A stretch of 64,000 nt of DNA. Source: Faecalimonas sp. (GTDB lineage Bacteria > Bacillota > Clostridia > Lachnospirales > Lachnospiraceae). The notes beneath the pieces are model-generated. The model was not told where the DNA came from and ran no database searches. It saw only the letters and a program-made list of their open reading frames with translations. The first letter of the stretch is position 1, and each line of letters begins with the position of its first letter. The position numbers were made by a program, and so were the translations under genes. The DNA lies in contig JAZQRQ010000073.1 in NCBI GenBank assembly GCA_045629665.1, positions 7,892-71,891 of the forward strand. Direction: 5' to 3'. Positions 37,102 through 47,319 of the stretch are shown in pieces.

Positions 37102-37338
37102 CATTTACCTCCTTATTATAGCATGTTTTTTCTTGTAGTAACAGACTTAAATAAAGATTTCTACAATCATAGACATCCGCCCTTTCTTCTATATTCTGTT
37201 GTTCAAACATTGAAACACGTTGGTGAAATACCATAATTTTTCTAGAAATGAAAAAATATTTGAATGTTTGAAAATGTATTGAAATTATAATATACAGCTG
37301 AAAAAGATGAGAACATTACTCGCTCTCATCTTAATTCA

Positions 37339-38073
37339 CTATACCAACTTTGCATTCTTTTTAATTGTCTCCTGTATCATCGTCTGGCACGTCGCCCCGA
37401 TGACTTTCTGCTCATCTCTACTTAAATCCTTCGGATATATCGGCTTGCCATACTCGATAACCACATGTGTCTTCTTAAGCTTCGGAAAATGATTCTCGAA
37501 TATCTCCGCCGAATTGTTAATTGCCACCGGCACAATCGGACATCCGGTCTTCAGCGCAATCTTAAAGGAGCCTTCTTTGAATGGCAGCATGCTGAGTTCC
37601 TCGCCTGTATTTCTTGTCCCCTCCGGGAAAATGGCAATAGACACACCCTGCTTCACATACTCAATCGCCTGCAAAATAGTCTTCATTCCCTGCTTAATAT
37701 CCTTGCGGTCAAGGAAGAGGCAGTATACATAGCGCATCCACACACGAAGGGACGGAATTTTACCAAGAGAATCCTTTGCCACGAATCCCGTTAAATCCTT
37801 GCACTGCACATACATGATGAGAATATCAAAGAAACTCCTGTGATTTCCCACGTAAAGTGCAGCCTCATCCGGCATGTTCTCTTTTCCGATTACTGTAATC
37901 TTCGTACCTGCAATCTTAAGAATCACTCCAAATCCCCATTGAATAAATCGCAGAGAGAAGTAATCCTTCGCTTTTGGGTTGCGTTTTCCAACCAGCCATA
38001 AGATTGGAAATATTAGATACGAAAGCAGTAAAACTGTTCCTAAAAATATGCATCCAATGATAAATCTTATCAT
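37339..38073 (-). CDS. plsC: 1-acyl-sn-glycerol-3-phosphate acyltransferase
   Basis: GNHRSFFD, FVAKDSL, IFPEGTR, IVPVAI. Confidence 0.93.
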   Translation of the reverse strand: MIRFIIGCIFLGTVLLLSYLIFPILWLVGKRNPKAKDYFSLRFIQWGFGVILKIAGTKITVIGKENMPDEAALYVGNHRSFFDILIMYVQCKDLTGFVAKDSLGKIPSLRVWMRYVYCLFLDRKDIKQGMKTILQAIEYVKQGVSIAIFPEGTRNTGEELSMLPFKEGSFKIALKTGCPIVPVAINNSAEIFENHFPKLKKTHVVIEYGKPIYPKDLSRDEQKVIGATCQTMIQETIKKNAKLV

Positions 38074-38090
38074 AACATCTATCCCTTCTC

Positions 38091-39602
38091 TTAACGTCCA
38101 TAGAGTCGCGTAATTCTGGCAAGCTCTTTCGCCAGTCCCTCAGTCAAATCTTCTTTTCTATAACGCCATGCCCAGTTATGTATCTCTTCTCCTGATACGC
38201 CCGGTGTGTTCATACGTCCTTCACTTCCCACGCCAAGTACATCCTGCAACGGAAAAATTGCATATTGCGCAACCGTGCCGAGACATGTACGAATGAAATC
38301 CCAAGAAATCAGTCCGCCATCGGTATTCATATAGCATCGCACCTTATCTCTGGAATACTCCTTTGCACTCTCGTACCAACCGCGTGTCGTATCATTATCG
38401 TGAGTTCCCGTGTAGCAGACACAGTTCGTATCTGTAAATTGATGCGGAAGGTATAGACTCTCTCCTTTTGCTTCAAACGCAAACTGCAAAATCTTCATGC
38501 CCGGAAAACCTAGCTTCTCGCGAAGTGCATGCACTTCTGGTGTAATCAGTCCCAAATCCTCCGCAATAATCGGAAGATTCTTTCCAAGTTCTTTTTCAAT
38601 TGCCTCAAACAACTCTTCTCTCGGTCCCGGAACCCATGCTCCGTTTATAGCGGTCTCCTCGCCTGCAGGAACGGACCAGTAGCTTTCTAATCCTCTAAAG
38701 TGGTCGATTCGTAAAATGTCACACATCTTTAACTGCTGGCGCACACGTGCGATCCACCATTTATAACCTGTCTTCTTGTGCTTCTTCCAGTCATAGAGTG
38801 GATTGCCCCAGAGCTGCCCTTCCTCGCAGAAATAATCCGGCGGTACTCCTGCAACTGAAGTTGGATATCCCTTGGAATCTAATTGAAATAAGCCTTGATT
38901 CGCCCATACATCCGCACTGTCCAATGAAACGAAAAGCGGAATGTCTCCTATGATTGTAACCTCTTTTTCATTGGCATATGCTTTGATTGCCGCCCATTCT
39001 TTATGAAACATAAACTGCACAAAGTAATAATATTTAATATCCTCGGCAAACTGCTTCTTCATACGCTTCTTAACAGAAGCAGTAGGCTTGCGATATCCTT
39101 TGCCCCAGTCCAGCCATGATTTGCCCTCATGATGGTCCTTACATGACATGTAGAGTGCATAGTCCTGAAGCCAAAACAGATTCGTACTGACGAACTTCTG
39201 ATATTCATTGCGCAGATCTGTACGCGCTACTTTTTCAAAGCGTCCTGCTGCTATGCGCAAAATCTTTGTCTTCCATGGAATAATTGTTCCATAATCCACC
39301 ATGTTACCGTTTCCAACAGGACAATCATCTAGGTCCTCTACCCTAAGAAGTCCCAATTCTACCAGGTGCTCCGGACTAACCAAAAGCGGCTGTCCTGCAA
39401 ACGCAGAAAAGCTCTGATACGGCGAATCACCAAATCCGGTTGGCGTAAGCGGCAAGATCTGCCACAGGTGCTGCCCGGAGCCTTTCAAAAAATCTATAAA
39501 ACTGTATGCTTCCTTCCACAAATCCCCGATTCCGTACGGTGATGGCAGAGATGTTGGGTGAAGTAATATTCCTGATACTCGTTTCTTCTGTGTATTGTTC
39601 AT
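38091..39602 (-). CDS. malQ: 4-alpha-glucanotransferase (amylomaltase)
   Basis: GILLHPTSLP, WQILPL, SPYQSFSAFAG, GVPPDYF, RIDHFRG, IIAEDLG, YTGTHDNDT. Confidence 0.97.
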   Translation of the reverse strand: MNNTQKKRVSGILLHPTSLPSPYGIGDLWKEAYSFIDFLKGSGQHLWQILPLTPTGFGDSPYQSFSAFAGQPLLVSPEHLVELGLLRVEDLDDCPVGNGNMVDYGTIIPWKTKILRIAAGRFEKVARTDLRNEYQKFVSTNLFWLQDYALYMSCKDHHEGKSWLDWGKGYRKPTASVKKRMKKQFAEDIKYYYFVQFMFHKEWAAIKAYANEKEVTIIGDIPLFVSLDSADVWANQGLFQLDSKGYPTSVAGVPPDYFCEEGQLWGNPLYDWKKHKKTGYKWWIARVRQQLKMCDILRIDHFRGLESYWSVPAGEETAINGAWVPGPREELFEAIEKELGKNLPIIAEDLGLITPEVHALREKLGFPGMKILQFAFEAKGESLYLPHQFTDTNCVCYTGTHDNDTTRGWYESAKEYSRDKVRCYMNTDGGLISWDFIRTCLGTVAQYAIFPLQDVLGVGSEGRMNTPGVSGEEIHNWAWRYRKEDLTEGLAKELARITRLYGR

Positions 39603-39724
39603 GTTTCTATCCTCTTTTTTGCTTACATTATAAATTATTATACAAAACTATCTTTCCAAAGGCAAGATTTGTGTTATACTAATTGGAAAGGGATTTTTCC
39701 CATACATACAAAGGAGTGACTATA

Positions 39725-41179
39725 ATGAACAGACGTAATCTAACCCTATTAACTGATTTGTACGAATTAACAATGATGCAGGGATACTTCGAAAGACAGG
39801 AAAACGAAACCGTAGTATTTGATATGTTTTTTAGGTCTAATCCGAACAAATCCGGCTACTCTATTGCTGCCGGTCTCGACCAAGTAATCCAGTACATCAA
39901 GAACCTTAACTTTTCTTATGACGATGTTGAGTATCTTCGCAGCCTGAATATTTTCAGCGAAGAATTTTTAAATTATCTGAGTGGCTTCCACTTTAGCGGA
40001 GACATCTACGCAATTCCGGAAGGAACTGTTGTATTTCCAAAGGAACCTCTTATCAAGGTTGTAGCACCGATTATGGAAGCTCAGCTGATTGAGACAGCGA
40101 TTTTAAATATTATCAATCATCAGTCTCTAATCGCAACTAAGGCTTCTCGCGTGGTACATGCAGCAGAGGGCGACGGCATTATGGAATTCGGACTCCGACG
40201 TGCACAGGGACCGGACGCAGGACTTTACGGTGCAAGAGCTGCCATGATCGGCGGTTGTATCGGAACCTCTAACGTGCTTGCCGGACAACTTTTCGATGTG
40301 CCTGTAAAGGGAACTCATGCTCATAGCTGGATTATGAGTTTTGAAGATGAATATACAGCCTTTAAGACTTATGCCAACCTGTATCCATCCGCATGTATTT
40401 TACTGGTTGATACTTACGATACATTGAAATCCGGTGTGCCAAATGCCATCCGTGTATTTACCGAGATGCGCGAAGCCGGTATAGAACTTAAAAACTATGG
40501 AATCCGCCTCGATAGCGGTGACCTTGCATATTTATCAAAGAAGGCACGTAAAATGTTAGATGAAGCCGGTTTCGAGACAGCGGTTATCTCCGCTTCCAAT
40601 GATCTGGACGAATTCTTAATTCATGACCTGAAGATTCAGGGAGCCAAGATTACATCTTGGGGTGTAGGTACCAACCTTATTACTTCTAAGGACTGCCCTT
40701 CTTTTGGTGGCGTATACAAGCTTGCTGCCATTCAGCAGGAAGACGGAAGCTTTATTTCCAAAATCAAGCTTTCAGAAAATACAGAGAAGGTTACAAACCC
40801 TGGTAACAAGACTGTTTACCGCATCTATGACAATGAGACAGGTAAACTTCGCGCAGACTTAATCTGCTTTGTGGATGAGACCTTTGACGTGTCACAGGAT
40901 CTTCGCATTTTTGACCCATTGGAGCCTTGGAAAAAGACAAAACTTTACGGTGGCACATACCACATGCGTGAAATCTTAGTTCCGATTTTCCAAAACGGTC
41001 AGTGTGTATACGAATCACCAAGCGTGATGGAGATTGCTGCTTACTGTAAGCAGGAAAAAGATACCTTATGGGATGAGACAAAACGTCTTTTCAATCCACA
41101 CAAGGTTTATGTGGATTTATCACAGAAATTATTCGATGAAAAGCAAACCTTATTGAATCAAATGGGAGCTACAGAATAA
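39725..41179 (+). CDS. pncB: Nicotinate phosphoribosyltransferase
   Basis: LLTDLYELTM, EFGLRRAQG, GTHAHSW, LLVDTYD, IRLDSGDL; ATG 39725 after AAAGGAG. Confidence 0.96.
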   Translation: MNRRNLTLLTDLYELTMMQGYFERQENETVVFDMFFRSNPNKSGYSIAAGLDQVIQYIKNLNFSYDDVEYLRSLNIFSEEFLNYLSGFHFSGDIYAIPEGTVVFPKEPLIKVVAPIMEAQLIETAILNIINHQSLIATKASRVVHAAEGDGIMEFGLRRAQGPDAGLYGARAAMIGGCIGTSNVLAGQLFDVPVKGTHAHSWIMSFEDEYTAFKTYANLYPSACILLVDTYDTLKSGVPNAIRVFTEMREAGIELKNYGIRLDSGDLAYLSKKARKMLDEAGFETAVISASNDLDEFLIHDLKIQGAKITSWGVGTNLITSKDCPSFGGVYKLAAIQQEDGSFISKIKLSENTEKVTNPGNKTVYRIYDNETGKLRADLICFVDETFDVSQDLRIFDPLEPWKKTKLYGGTYHMREILVPIFQNGQCVYESPSVMEIAAYCKQEKDTLWDETKRLFNPHKVYVDLSQKLFDEKQTLLNQMGATE

Positions 41180-41197
41180 TAAAGGAGTATATTAATT

Positions 41198-42253
41198 ATG
41201 AAAATTGTTGTATTAGCAGGGGGCTTAAGCACAGAACGTGACGTATCTCTCGCTTCCGGTGCCGGAATCTGCAGAACACTTCGCGAAAGAGGACACGAGG
41301 CTTTCCTTCTGGACGTATATCTCGGATTTCCTTACGACGCAGATAAATTAGAAGAAGTATTCACTCTTCCGGGTGCAGGACTTGAGATTGCGGAAGGCAT
41401 CAAAACCACAGAGCCTGACCTTGTTGCAATCAAGGCATCCAGAGAAGACCAGTCTGACTGCTTCCTCGGACCAAATGTCATCGAAATCTGTCGCATGGCA
41501 GATATCGTCTTCATGGGACTTCACGGTGACGTAGGGGAAAATGGTAAGTTACAGGCAACCTTTGACCTTCTCGGCATCCGCTATACCGGACCGAACTACT
41601 TAGGAAGCGCCCTTGCAATGGACAAAGGGATTGCCAAGAAGATTTTCAAAATGTCAGGTGTTCCAACACCGCTTGGCACTTCCATTAAAAAAGCGCAAAA
41701 GGATGTTGACCTTGCAGAGCTTGGTCTAAAACTTCCTGTTGTTGTGAAGCCTTGTTCCGGTGGTTCAAGCATTGGTGTGTACATTGTAGATGCAGAAGAA
41801 GCATACAGAGAAGCAATTGAAAAATCATTCAAATACGAAGACGAGGTTGTCATCGAGCCTTACATCAAAGGCCGCGAGTTTGCCTGCGGTATTATCGACG
41901 GCAAAGCACTTCCGGTAATCGAGATTATTCCAAAGACCGGATTCTTTGACTATGCCAACAAATATCAGGCTGGTGCAACAGAGGAAATCTGTCCTGCACC
42001 GATTCCGAATGAGATTGCAGAGAAGATGCAGCGTGCAACCGAGCTTGCATTCAAATCACTGAAACTTGACATCTACTCTCGCGCGGACTTCTTGTTGGAT
42101 GAAAATGGAGACATCTACTGCTTGGAAGTTAACACACTTCCTGGTATGACAGCGACCAGTCTTCTCCCTCAGGAAGCAAAAGCAGCCGGTATTGAATACG
42201 GCGAGCTCTGCGAACTGATTATTGAAAAATCTTTAGCGCGTTACAACGCTTAA
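41198..42253 (+). CDS. ddl: D-alanine--D-alanine ligase
   Basis: GGLSTERDVSLASG, LHGDVGENG, GGSSIG, FFDYANKY, EVNTLPGMT. Confidence 0.95.
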   Translation: MKIVVLAGGLSTERDVSLASGAGICRTLRERGHEAFLLDVYLGFPYDADKLEEVFTLPGAGLEIAEGIKTTEPDLVAIKASREDQSDCFLGPNVIEICRMADIVFMGLHGDVGENGKLQATFDLLGIRYTGPNYLGSALAMDKGIAKKIFKMSGVPTPLGTSIKKAQKDVDLAELGLKLPVVVKPCSGGSSIGVYIVDAEEAYREAIEKSFKYEDEVVIEPYIKGREFACGIIDGKALPVIEIIPKTGFFDYANKYQAGATEEICPAPIPNEIAEKMQRATELAFKSLKLDIYSRADFLLDENGDIYCLEVNTLPGMTATSLLPQEAKAAGIEYGELCELIIEKSLARYNA

Positions 42254-42266
42254 TTGGAGATTGATT

Positions 42267-43640
42267 ATGAAAGCAATGTCATTAAGACAAATCGCCGCTG
42301 CCTGTGGCGGACATTACTATGGTGATAAAGTAAAATTAGATATAGAGGTTACAGGAGTAGCCATCGACAGCCGCAAAGTAGAAGAAGGTTTCCTTTTCGT
42401 ACCTATTAAGGGTGCTCGCGTGGATGGACACACTTTCATCCAACAGGTCATGGAAAAAGGTGCTCTCTGTACCTTGAGTGAGGTTGAATTAGAAAATGCC
42501 ACACACCCATACATATTGGTGCAATCTTCTGAGCAAGCTCTTAAGGACCTCGCAGAACACTACCGCAAAGCCCTTGACATCAAAGTAGTCGGAATCACCG
42601 GAAGTGTCGGAAAGACAAGCACTAAGGAAATGATTGGCTCAGTCCTCTCACAGAAATATAACGTATTAAAGACAGCAGGAAACTTTAATAACGAGATTGG
42701 TCTTCCTCTCACCATCTTCAATATCCGCGACGAACATGAAGTAGCGGTACTTGAGATGGGCATCAGCGATTTTGGTGAAATGCACCGCCTCGTGAAAATG
42801 GCAAGACCAGATATCTGTGTCATTACTAACATTGGACTTTGTCACTTAGAAAATCTTGGCGACCGCGATGGTATCTTAAAAGCCAAAACTGAAATGTTCG
42901 ACTTTGCACAGCCAAATGCAACCATCATCTTGAACGGCGATGACGACAAGCTGATTACCGTAAAAGATTGGGACGGATATTCTCCGCTTTATTTTGGATT
43001 ATCCACAGAGATGAATGCATTTGCGAAAGATATCCACAGTCTGTCTCTCAAAGGAACAGCATGTACGATATGCCTTGGGGATAACTCCTTTGACGTTACG
43101 ATTCCGATTCCGGGACACCATATGGTGTACAATGCACTTGCTGGTGCGTTGGTAGGACGCGAACTTGGACTTAATGCAGACGAAATCAAAGCAGGTATTG
43201 AAGCTCTTGTACCTGTATCAGGAAGAAACAACCTGATTGAAACTAACAGTCTTATGATTATCGATGACTGCTACAATGCTAACCCGGTATCAACAAAAGC
43301 GTCTCTTGATGTACTTGCAACTGCGGACACAAGAAAAGTTGCTATCTTGGGAGATATGTTTGAACTTGGGGAAAATGAAAAAGAACTCCACTATGGAGTC
43401 GGAAAACATGCCGCTGAGAAGAACATTGACCTTGTGGTTTGTATTGGAGAACTCTCTGAAAATACTGCAAAAGGTGCTTCGTATTCTAAGACGGAAGTAA
43501 GATACTTTGAGACAAAGGCTGAGTTCCTGGCACAAGCTGAGAAGTTTCTTAAGAAAGGTGATACCATACTTGTAAAGGCATCACATGGAATGGAATTTCC
43601 GGAGATTGTGGAGGAACTGAAAGAGTTAAGAATGTTTTAA
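42267..43640 (+). CDS. murF: UDP-N-acetylmuramoyl-tripeptide--D-Ala-D-Ala ligase
   Basis: ITGSVGKTSTKE, NFNNEIGLP, VLEMG, DDCYNANP, LGDMFELG, VKASHG. Confidence 0.96.
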   Translation: MKAMSLRQIAAACGGHYYGDKVKLDIEVTGVAIDSRKVEEGFLFVPIKGARVDGHTFIQQVMEKGALCTLSEVELENATHPYILVQSSEQALKDLAEHYRKALDIKVVGITGSVGKTSTKEMIGSVLSQKYNVLKTAGNFNNEIGLPLTIFNIRDEHEVAVLEMGISDFGEMHRLVKMARPDICVITNIGLCHLENLGDRDGILKAKTEMFDFAQPNATIILNGDDDKLITVKDWDGYSPLYFGLSTEMNAFAKDIHSLSLKGTACTICLGDNSFDVTIPIPGHHMVYNALAGALVGRELGLNADEIKAGIEALVPVSGRNNLIETNSLMIIDDCYNANPVSTKASLDVLATADTRKVAILGDMFELGENEKELHYGVGKHAAEKNIDLVVCIGELSENTAKGASYSKTEVRYFETKAEFLAQAEKFLKKGDTILVKASHGMEFPEIVEELKELRMF

Positions 43641-43659
43641 ATAGCATATAACGAAATGA

Positions 43660-43690
43660 ATGGCACAGACCTTACGTCTGTGCCATATTT
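43660..43690. terminator. Bidirectional terminator between murF and hicB
   Basis: ATGGCACAGAC (43660-43670) / GTCTGTGCCAT (43676-43686). Confidence 0.75.
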
Positions 43691-44040
43691 AATGCATCAT
43701 TCATTGATAACAAATACACGCAGTATTGATTCATACTTACCCCTTCCACTTTCGAGTGTTCTGCAAGCTGCTTATGCAGAGTTTTCGGAAGTCGTAGTTT
43801 AAATTGACCCGAATATTCTTTTAAATCTTCAGGCTCTGGTATTGTAGCTCCTATCTCTAACTCCGCTTCTAGCCATACTCTTTTTGCATCAATAATATTC
43901 TGAATAGCCTCTTCAATTGTATCTCCAATAGTTATACATCCCGGCAAGTCTGGAAATGACGCAACAAATCCCCCCTCGTCTTTATCGGGAATAATTTCCA
44001 TTTTATAAGGCAGATTTATATAATAATCAATTGTTTTCAC
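43672..44040 (-). CDS. hicB: HicB-family antitoxin
   Basis: FVASFPDLPGCITIGDTIEEA, YSGQFKLRLPKTLH...GVSMNQY; GTG 44040 after GAGGAG. Confidence 0.92.
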   Translation of the reverse strand: MKTIDYYINLPYKMEIIPDKDEGGFVASFPDLPGCITIGDTIEEAIQNIIDAKRVWLEAELEIGATIPEPEDLKEYSGQFKLRLPKTLHKQLAEHSKVEGVSMNQYCVYLLSMNDALNMAQT

Positions 44041-44281
44041 TATTTTTCTCCTCACCTTCAACAATATTTTTTACCATTTCTACATAAACTCTCTTAATCG
44101 TCTTATGTTTAGGAATCGTTATCGATCTGCAACCTGGTTTTCTAAATATATAATGACTACTGCCACTTTTAGGCGCATTCATTATGTAGCCATAATCTTC
44201 TAGTACTTTCTTTAGTTCATCAAATCTCAAATCTGTCGACAATGTTCTGATTCGATATAATAATTTATCCCACTTGGACAT
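44027..44281 (-). CDS. hicA: HicA-family mRNA interferase toxin
   Basis: LRFDELKKVLEDYGY...GSSHYIFRK...ITIPKHK; overlaps hicB. Confidence 0.9.
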   Translation of the reverse strand: MSKWDKLLYRIRTLSTDLRFDELKKVLEDYGYIMNAPKSGSSHYIFRKPGCRSITIPKHKTIKRVYVEMVKNIVEGEEKNSENN

Positions 44282-44300
44282 TAAATATTCTTCCTCCTTT

Positions 44301-44330
44301 ATTATATTACGGTGTCATATATGGTGTCAA
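44301..44330 (-). promoter_or_regulatory. hicAB promoter with tandem TGACACC operator-like repeats
   Basis: TTGACA (44330-44325), 18 bp, TATAAT (44306-44301); GGTGTCA at 44311-44317 and 44323-44329. Confidence 0.7.
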
Positions 44331-44525
44331 CTTTTTTCACATAAATATACACTCTCCCATTCTGTTTTTGTCATTCTATTTTCATCAAAATGAAATCTTC
44401 GGCTGAACTGCCTTGAAATTCAGATGCGTGTTTGGTACGCAAAGGACATCTAATGTTTGAATAAACGTGTCCTGATTTTGATGTGTTTATATGTTAACAG
44501 ATTTAGAATCTGTTTTCAACACATA

Positions 44526-44557
44526 ATGTAAAATACGCGGAACAACATTGTTCCGCG
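44526..44557 (-). terminator. Terminator at the end of the SipW/TasA operon
   Basis: CGCGGAACAA (44536-44545) / TTGTTCCGCG (44548-44557), followed by TATTTT on the minus strand. Confidence 0.7.
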
Positions 44558-44570
44558 CATGCTTCTATAT

Positions 44571-45383
44571 CTATTCTATTGTATTTATTGGAGGTGTAAC
44601 GTCTTCTGCCGATTCCTCACTCTTGACTGCGTCACCTTCCACATCACTACTTGCTACTTCTTCTTTCTCATCTTGTGTCTGCGTTGCTGTACTGTCCGGA
44701 GTTTCCGATGAAACGACACTATCGTCTTCAGTTGTTGTCTCTGTCGGAGCTGTGTTATCTTGCATTGGCACAGAATCTTTGGACGCCACCACCTCATTCG
44801 TCGTCAGCATCTCCGACTTTCCTCCAACTCCTACTTCCTGCCCGTCAATGATTATCATTTCTTCCAACTCGCGAATTGGATTACCGCTATATGTTCCCCA
44901 ACATGACACAAATCTCACTCTTGTTTCAGTTGCCACCCGTATTTGAAGGGTTCTTTCCTCAATAGAATCTTCTTGGTCTTTTATCTTTCCAAACTGCTGA
45001 GTATAAACAGATTGACTGTTACCTGCATCATCATATATCAATATCTCACAATAACCAGTAGTCGCATTACCCTTCTTTTTCAATGTAAAATCATAGATAC
45101 CAGGTTGGAGTTTATACGTCTTCTCACTCTCATAGGATGCACTCGATGTTTCTGTTTGCGGTTCAATTTTCTGAACCTCCAAATCAAAATACGCCGCCTG
45201 TATCTGATTCATGTTGGAACTTACATTTGCTGTGAAAAAAGCGTATGCAGAAAAACCCATTGCAGACATACACAGTACGATACACGCAATAGCCACCGTC
45301 AGTCGTGCGAAAAATACACGTTCGCCTATGATGCCTTTGCCTTCTTCCGGTACTTCAAAATACTTCTGATATATTTTTCGCAT
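44571..45383 (-). CDS. SipW-type substrate with acidic low-complexity tail (possibly TapA-like)
   Basis: Hydrophobic segment ending MGFSAYAFFTA (SipW-type A-F-F-T); about 70-aa T/S/E/D-rich C-terminal tail. Confidence 0.6.
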   Translation of the reverse strand: MRKIYQKYFEVPEEGKGIIGERVFFARLTVAIACIVLCMSAMGFSAYAFFTANVSSNMNQIQAAYFDLEVQKIEPQTETSSASYESEKTYKLQPGIYDFTLKKKGNATTGYCEILIYDDAGNSQSVYTQQFGKIKDQEDSIEERTLQIRVATETRVRFVSCWGTYSGNPIRELEEMIIIDGQEVGVGGKSEMLTTNEVVASKDSVPMQDNTAPTETTTEDDSVVSSETPDSTATQTQDEKEEVASSDVEGDAVKSEESAEDVTPPINTIE

Positions 45384-45400
45384 AACCTTCTCCTCCTTTA

Positions 45401-46096
45401 CTAGTCTAGTGTTTCTCTCTGCGAGGCAAATACTGTAATTCCCAAATCTACTCTCGGGATATCATTTCCTCGATAGTTGGACTCATTGCCTACTTCCTCC
45501 GGCATATACAGAATCAAAGCCGCATAATCAATGCTTCCCTCTCCTGCCTCTGCCTCCAGCTGTCCGATACTGGACGAATATGTGTTTAATGGTAACATCT
45601 CCTTAGAAGGAGCCTTCTCGTCATCTAAATCTTCTGTTGCAATCACTCTCGCGACCTCTCGTGTGAGCGACTGCTCATCTCTCTCAATTACCGCACCGAA
45701 CTTCAGATAATTCGGTAAATAAATTGGTTGTCCCGCCTCATTCACTCCCGGCACAAAGTCATTCATGTTAACCGAAAGTTTGTAGTCAAATTCCACTTCA
45801 CCTTCGTTTACAATCTTCAGATAGACCACCTGTGTGAAGCCCGGCTCGTAAAGTGCTTCTTCATCGAAAATCTTTGTCTTCTCATCAACCTTCACCCACT
45901 CATCGTTTCCCTGCACATTCGTAACCTTGTAATACACTTCCAGATCCAGTTCCCCAAAATCAAAAGTATTTACAAGTTCCGGCGTCTCATCCATAAACCA
46001 TGCGATAGAAGTTCCTGTTCCGAGGATGCCCCACAGAAAAAGTAAACAGATACTGAGGACGAACGCGATTTTTGTAAATGTTCTATTCTTTGCCAT
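45401..46096 (-). CDS. TasA/camelysin-like SipW-dependent protein
   Basis: GTGTSIAWFMD signal; LYEPGFTQVVYLKIVNEG, NYLKFG, EVGNESNY core shared with the paralogs. Confidence 0.85.
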   Translation of the reverse strand: MAKNRTFTKIAFVLSICLLFLWGILGTGTSIAWFMDETPELVNTFDFGELDLEVYYKVTNVQGNDEWVKVDEKTKIFDEEALYEPGFTQVVYLKIVNEGEVEFDYKLSVNMNDFVPGVNEAGQPIYLPNYLKFGAVIERDEQSLTREVARVIATEDLDDEKAPSKEMLPLNTYSSSIGQLEAEAGEGSIDYAALILYMPEEVGNESNYRGNDIPRVDLGITVFASQRETLD

Positions 46097-46106
46097 GCTG
46101 TCCCTC

Positions 46107-46745
46107 CTATTCCGTCTCTGCTTTGTCTATATTTCTTCGTTTCCTTACAATCAATACAATCAAAATTAATGCTGCGGAACATCCGATTGATGCAATCCAA
46201 AGCCACTGCTCGGATGTATCACCAGTCTGCGCACCGTCATCATCAATCTCTTCCACCATGAACTCCCAATCCAAATAGCCCACGAGATTCTTAAAATTAT
46301 TGTCAAGGCTCGTTGGAACCTGAAGTCCAACCATAAGCTCTGCCTCACCACCTGATGTGAGTACACCTATCTCTCGCCACTCGGTCAGTTGTGCCGTCTG
46401 GTCTGCCGGTGCTTCAAAAAGTGGCGTATCCGTTACTTTTTCTACATATAAATGCAATTTCGACAAGAAATCTTTCGAATCCTCATGTGCACCAAGCGCA
46501 CGCATGGATATCTTTACACTCTTTTTCGCATTGTTCCTTACAACAATCTTCTGTGTTAGAGTATCTCCCGGCATCACATCCTTGAAGTTCGGAAATAAAT
46601 CTGTCAAAGAATGTTCACTGCCCGGTGCAAAGACAAATTTCCCTGCGTCTCCACTGTATGTTACGTTGCCATCCGCAGCCGAAGCCGTGAAAGTAACTAA
46701 CATCATCATAATCAGTGCGAATACTACTCTTGTTATTTTCTTCAT
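46107..46745 (-). CDS. Cell-wall-anchored protein with sortase-type sorting signal
   Basis: Sec signal (TASA-ADG); VMPGDTLTQKI TasA-like segment; AQTGD, then TM helix, then RKRR. Confidence 0.75.
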   Translation of the reverse strand: MKKITRVVFALIMMMLVTFTASAADGNVTYSGDAGKFVFAPGSEHSLTDLFPNFKDVMPGDTLTQKIVVRNNAKKSVKISMRALGAHEDSKDFLSKLHLYVEKVTDTPLFEAPADQTAQLTEWREIGVLTSGGEAELMVGLQVPTSLDNNFKNLVGYLDWEFMVEEIDDDGAQTGDTSEQWLWIASIGCSAALILIVLIVRKRRNIDKAETE

Positions 46746-46755
46746 CCCGCACCTC

Positions 46756-47319
46756 CTATTCCTGTGGCCAGCCGGATGCAGTAAATGTATCCGTGCCCTC
46801 TATAGGATTATTTTCACTCTGCACTGCATGAGCAATTACAGAGAGAGACAATGTCTTTCCTATATAACTGTTATCTACCTTACTTCCCACTATCTCAACT
46901 TTCGAAAATACATCCGGTGTGGTCTGATTTGGTTCCACAACGCCGGTGTAATAGTACCATCCATCATGGTATTTCCAATTATTTTCATCAATATTCAGTT
47001 TGAAACAATCCTCCGCAGAAAGTTCCCGCGAATCCACTCCATAGACAATCTTCACTCGCAAGTAAAACGGATGTGTACAGATATTTTCCACACTCACTTT
47101 CTTGCTCACAATATCACCCGGAATAATGTAGACACCTTTCTTCGGAAATTCTGTTCCCTGGTCAGTTGTCTCGTGGATGACAAACTGAATATCGCCGGAG
47201 GTCACAACATTGGTAGCCTGACCAACCGAGGAGTAATACGCCTGCGTACTTTGGGTGAAAAATGTAAATGCGATGGCAATATATGCTATGGTAATAAATT
47301 TAAGTCGAAGCTTTCCCAT
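46756..47319 (-). CDS. SipW-dependent TasA-like small subunit
   Basis: TQSTQAYYSS signal; NVVTSGDI, IIPGDIVSKKVSVEN, WYYY, AHAVQ; ATG 47319 after GAAAGGAGG. Confidence 0.8.
   Translation of the reverse strand: MGKLRLKFITIAYIAIAFTFFTQSTQAYYSSVGQATNVVTSGDIQFVIHETTDQGTEFPKKGVYIIPGDIVSKKVSVENICTHPFYLRVKIVYGVDSRELSAEDCFKLNIDENNWKYHDGWYYYTGVVEPNQTTPDVFSKVEIVGSKVDNSYIGKTLSLSVIAHAVQSENNPIEGTDTFTASGWPQE

Noticed and set aside
41198-42253. Vancomycin-resistance ligase (D-Ala-D-Lac/Ser)
   Set aside because: The omega loop FFDYANKY keeps the Tyr typical of D-Ala-D-Ala ligases; it is adjacent to murF with no van genes.
44515-44540. ACATAATGTAAA near the far end of the operon as a fourth att/dif site (excisable island)
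   Set aside because: Only one ACATAA arm; no TTATGT partner and a different spacer.
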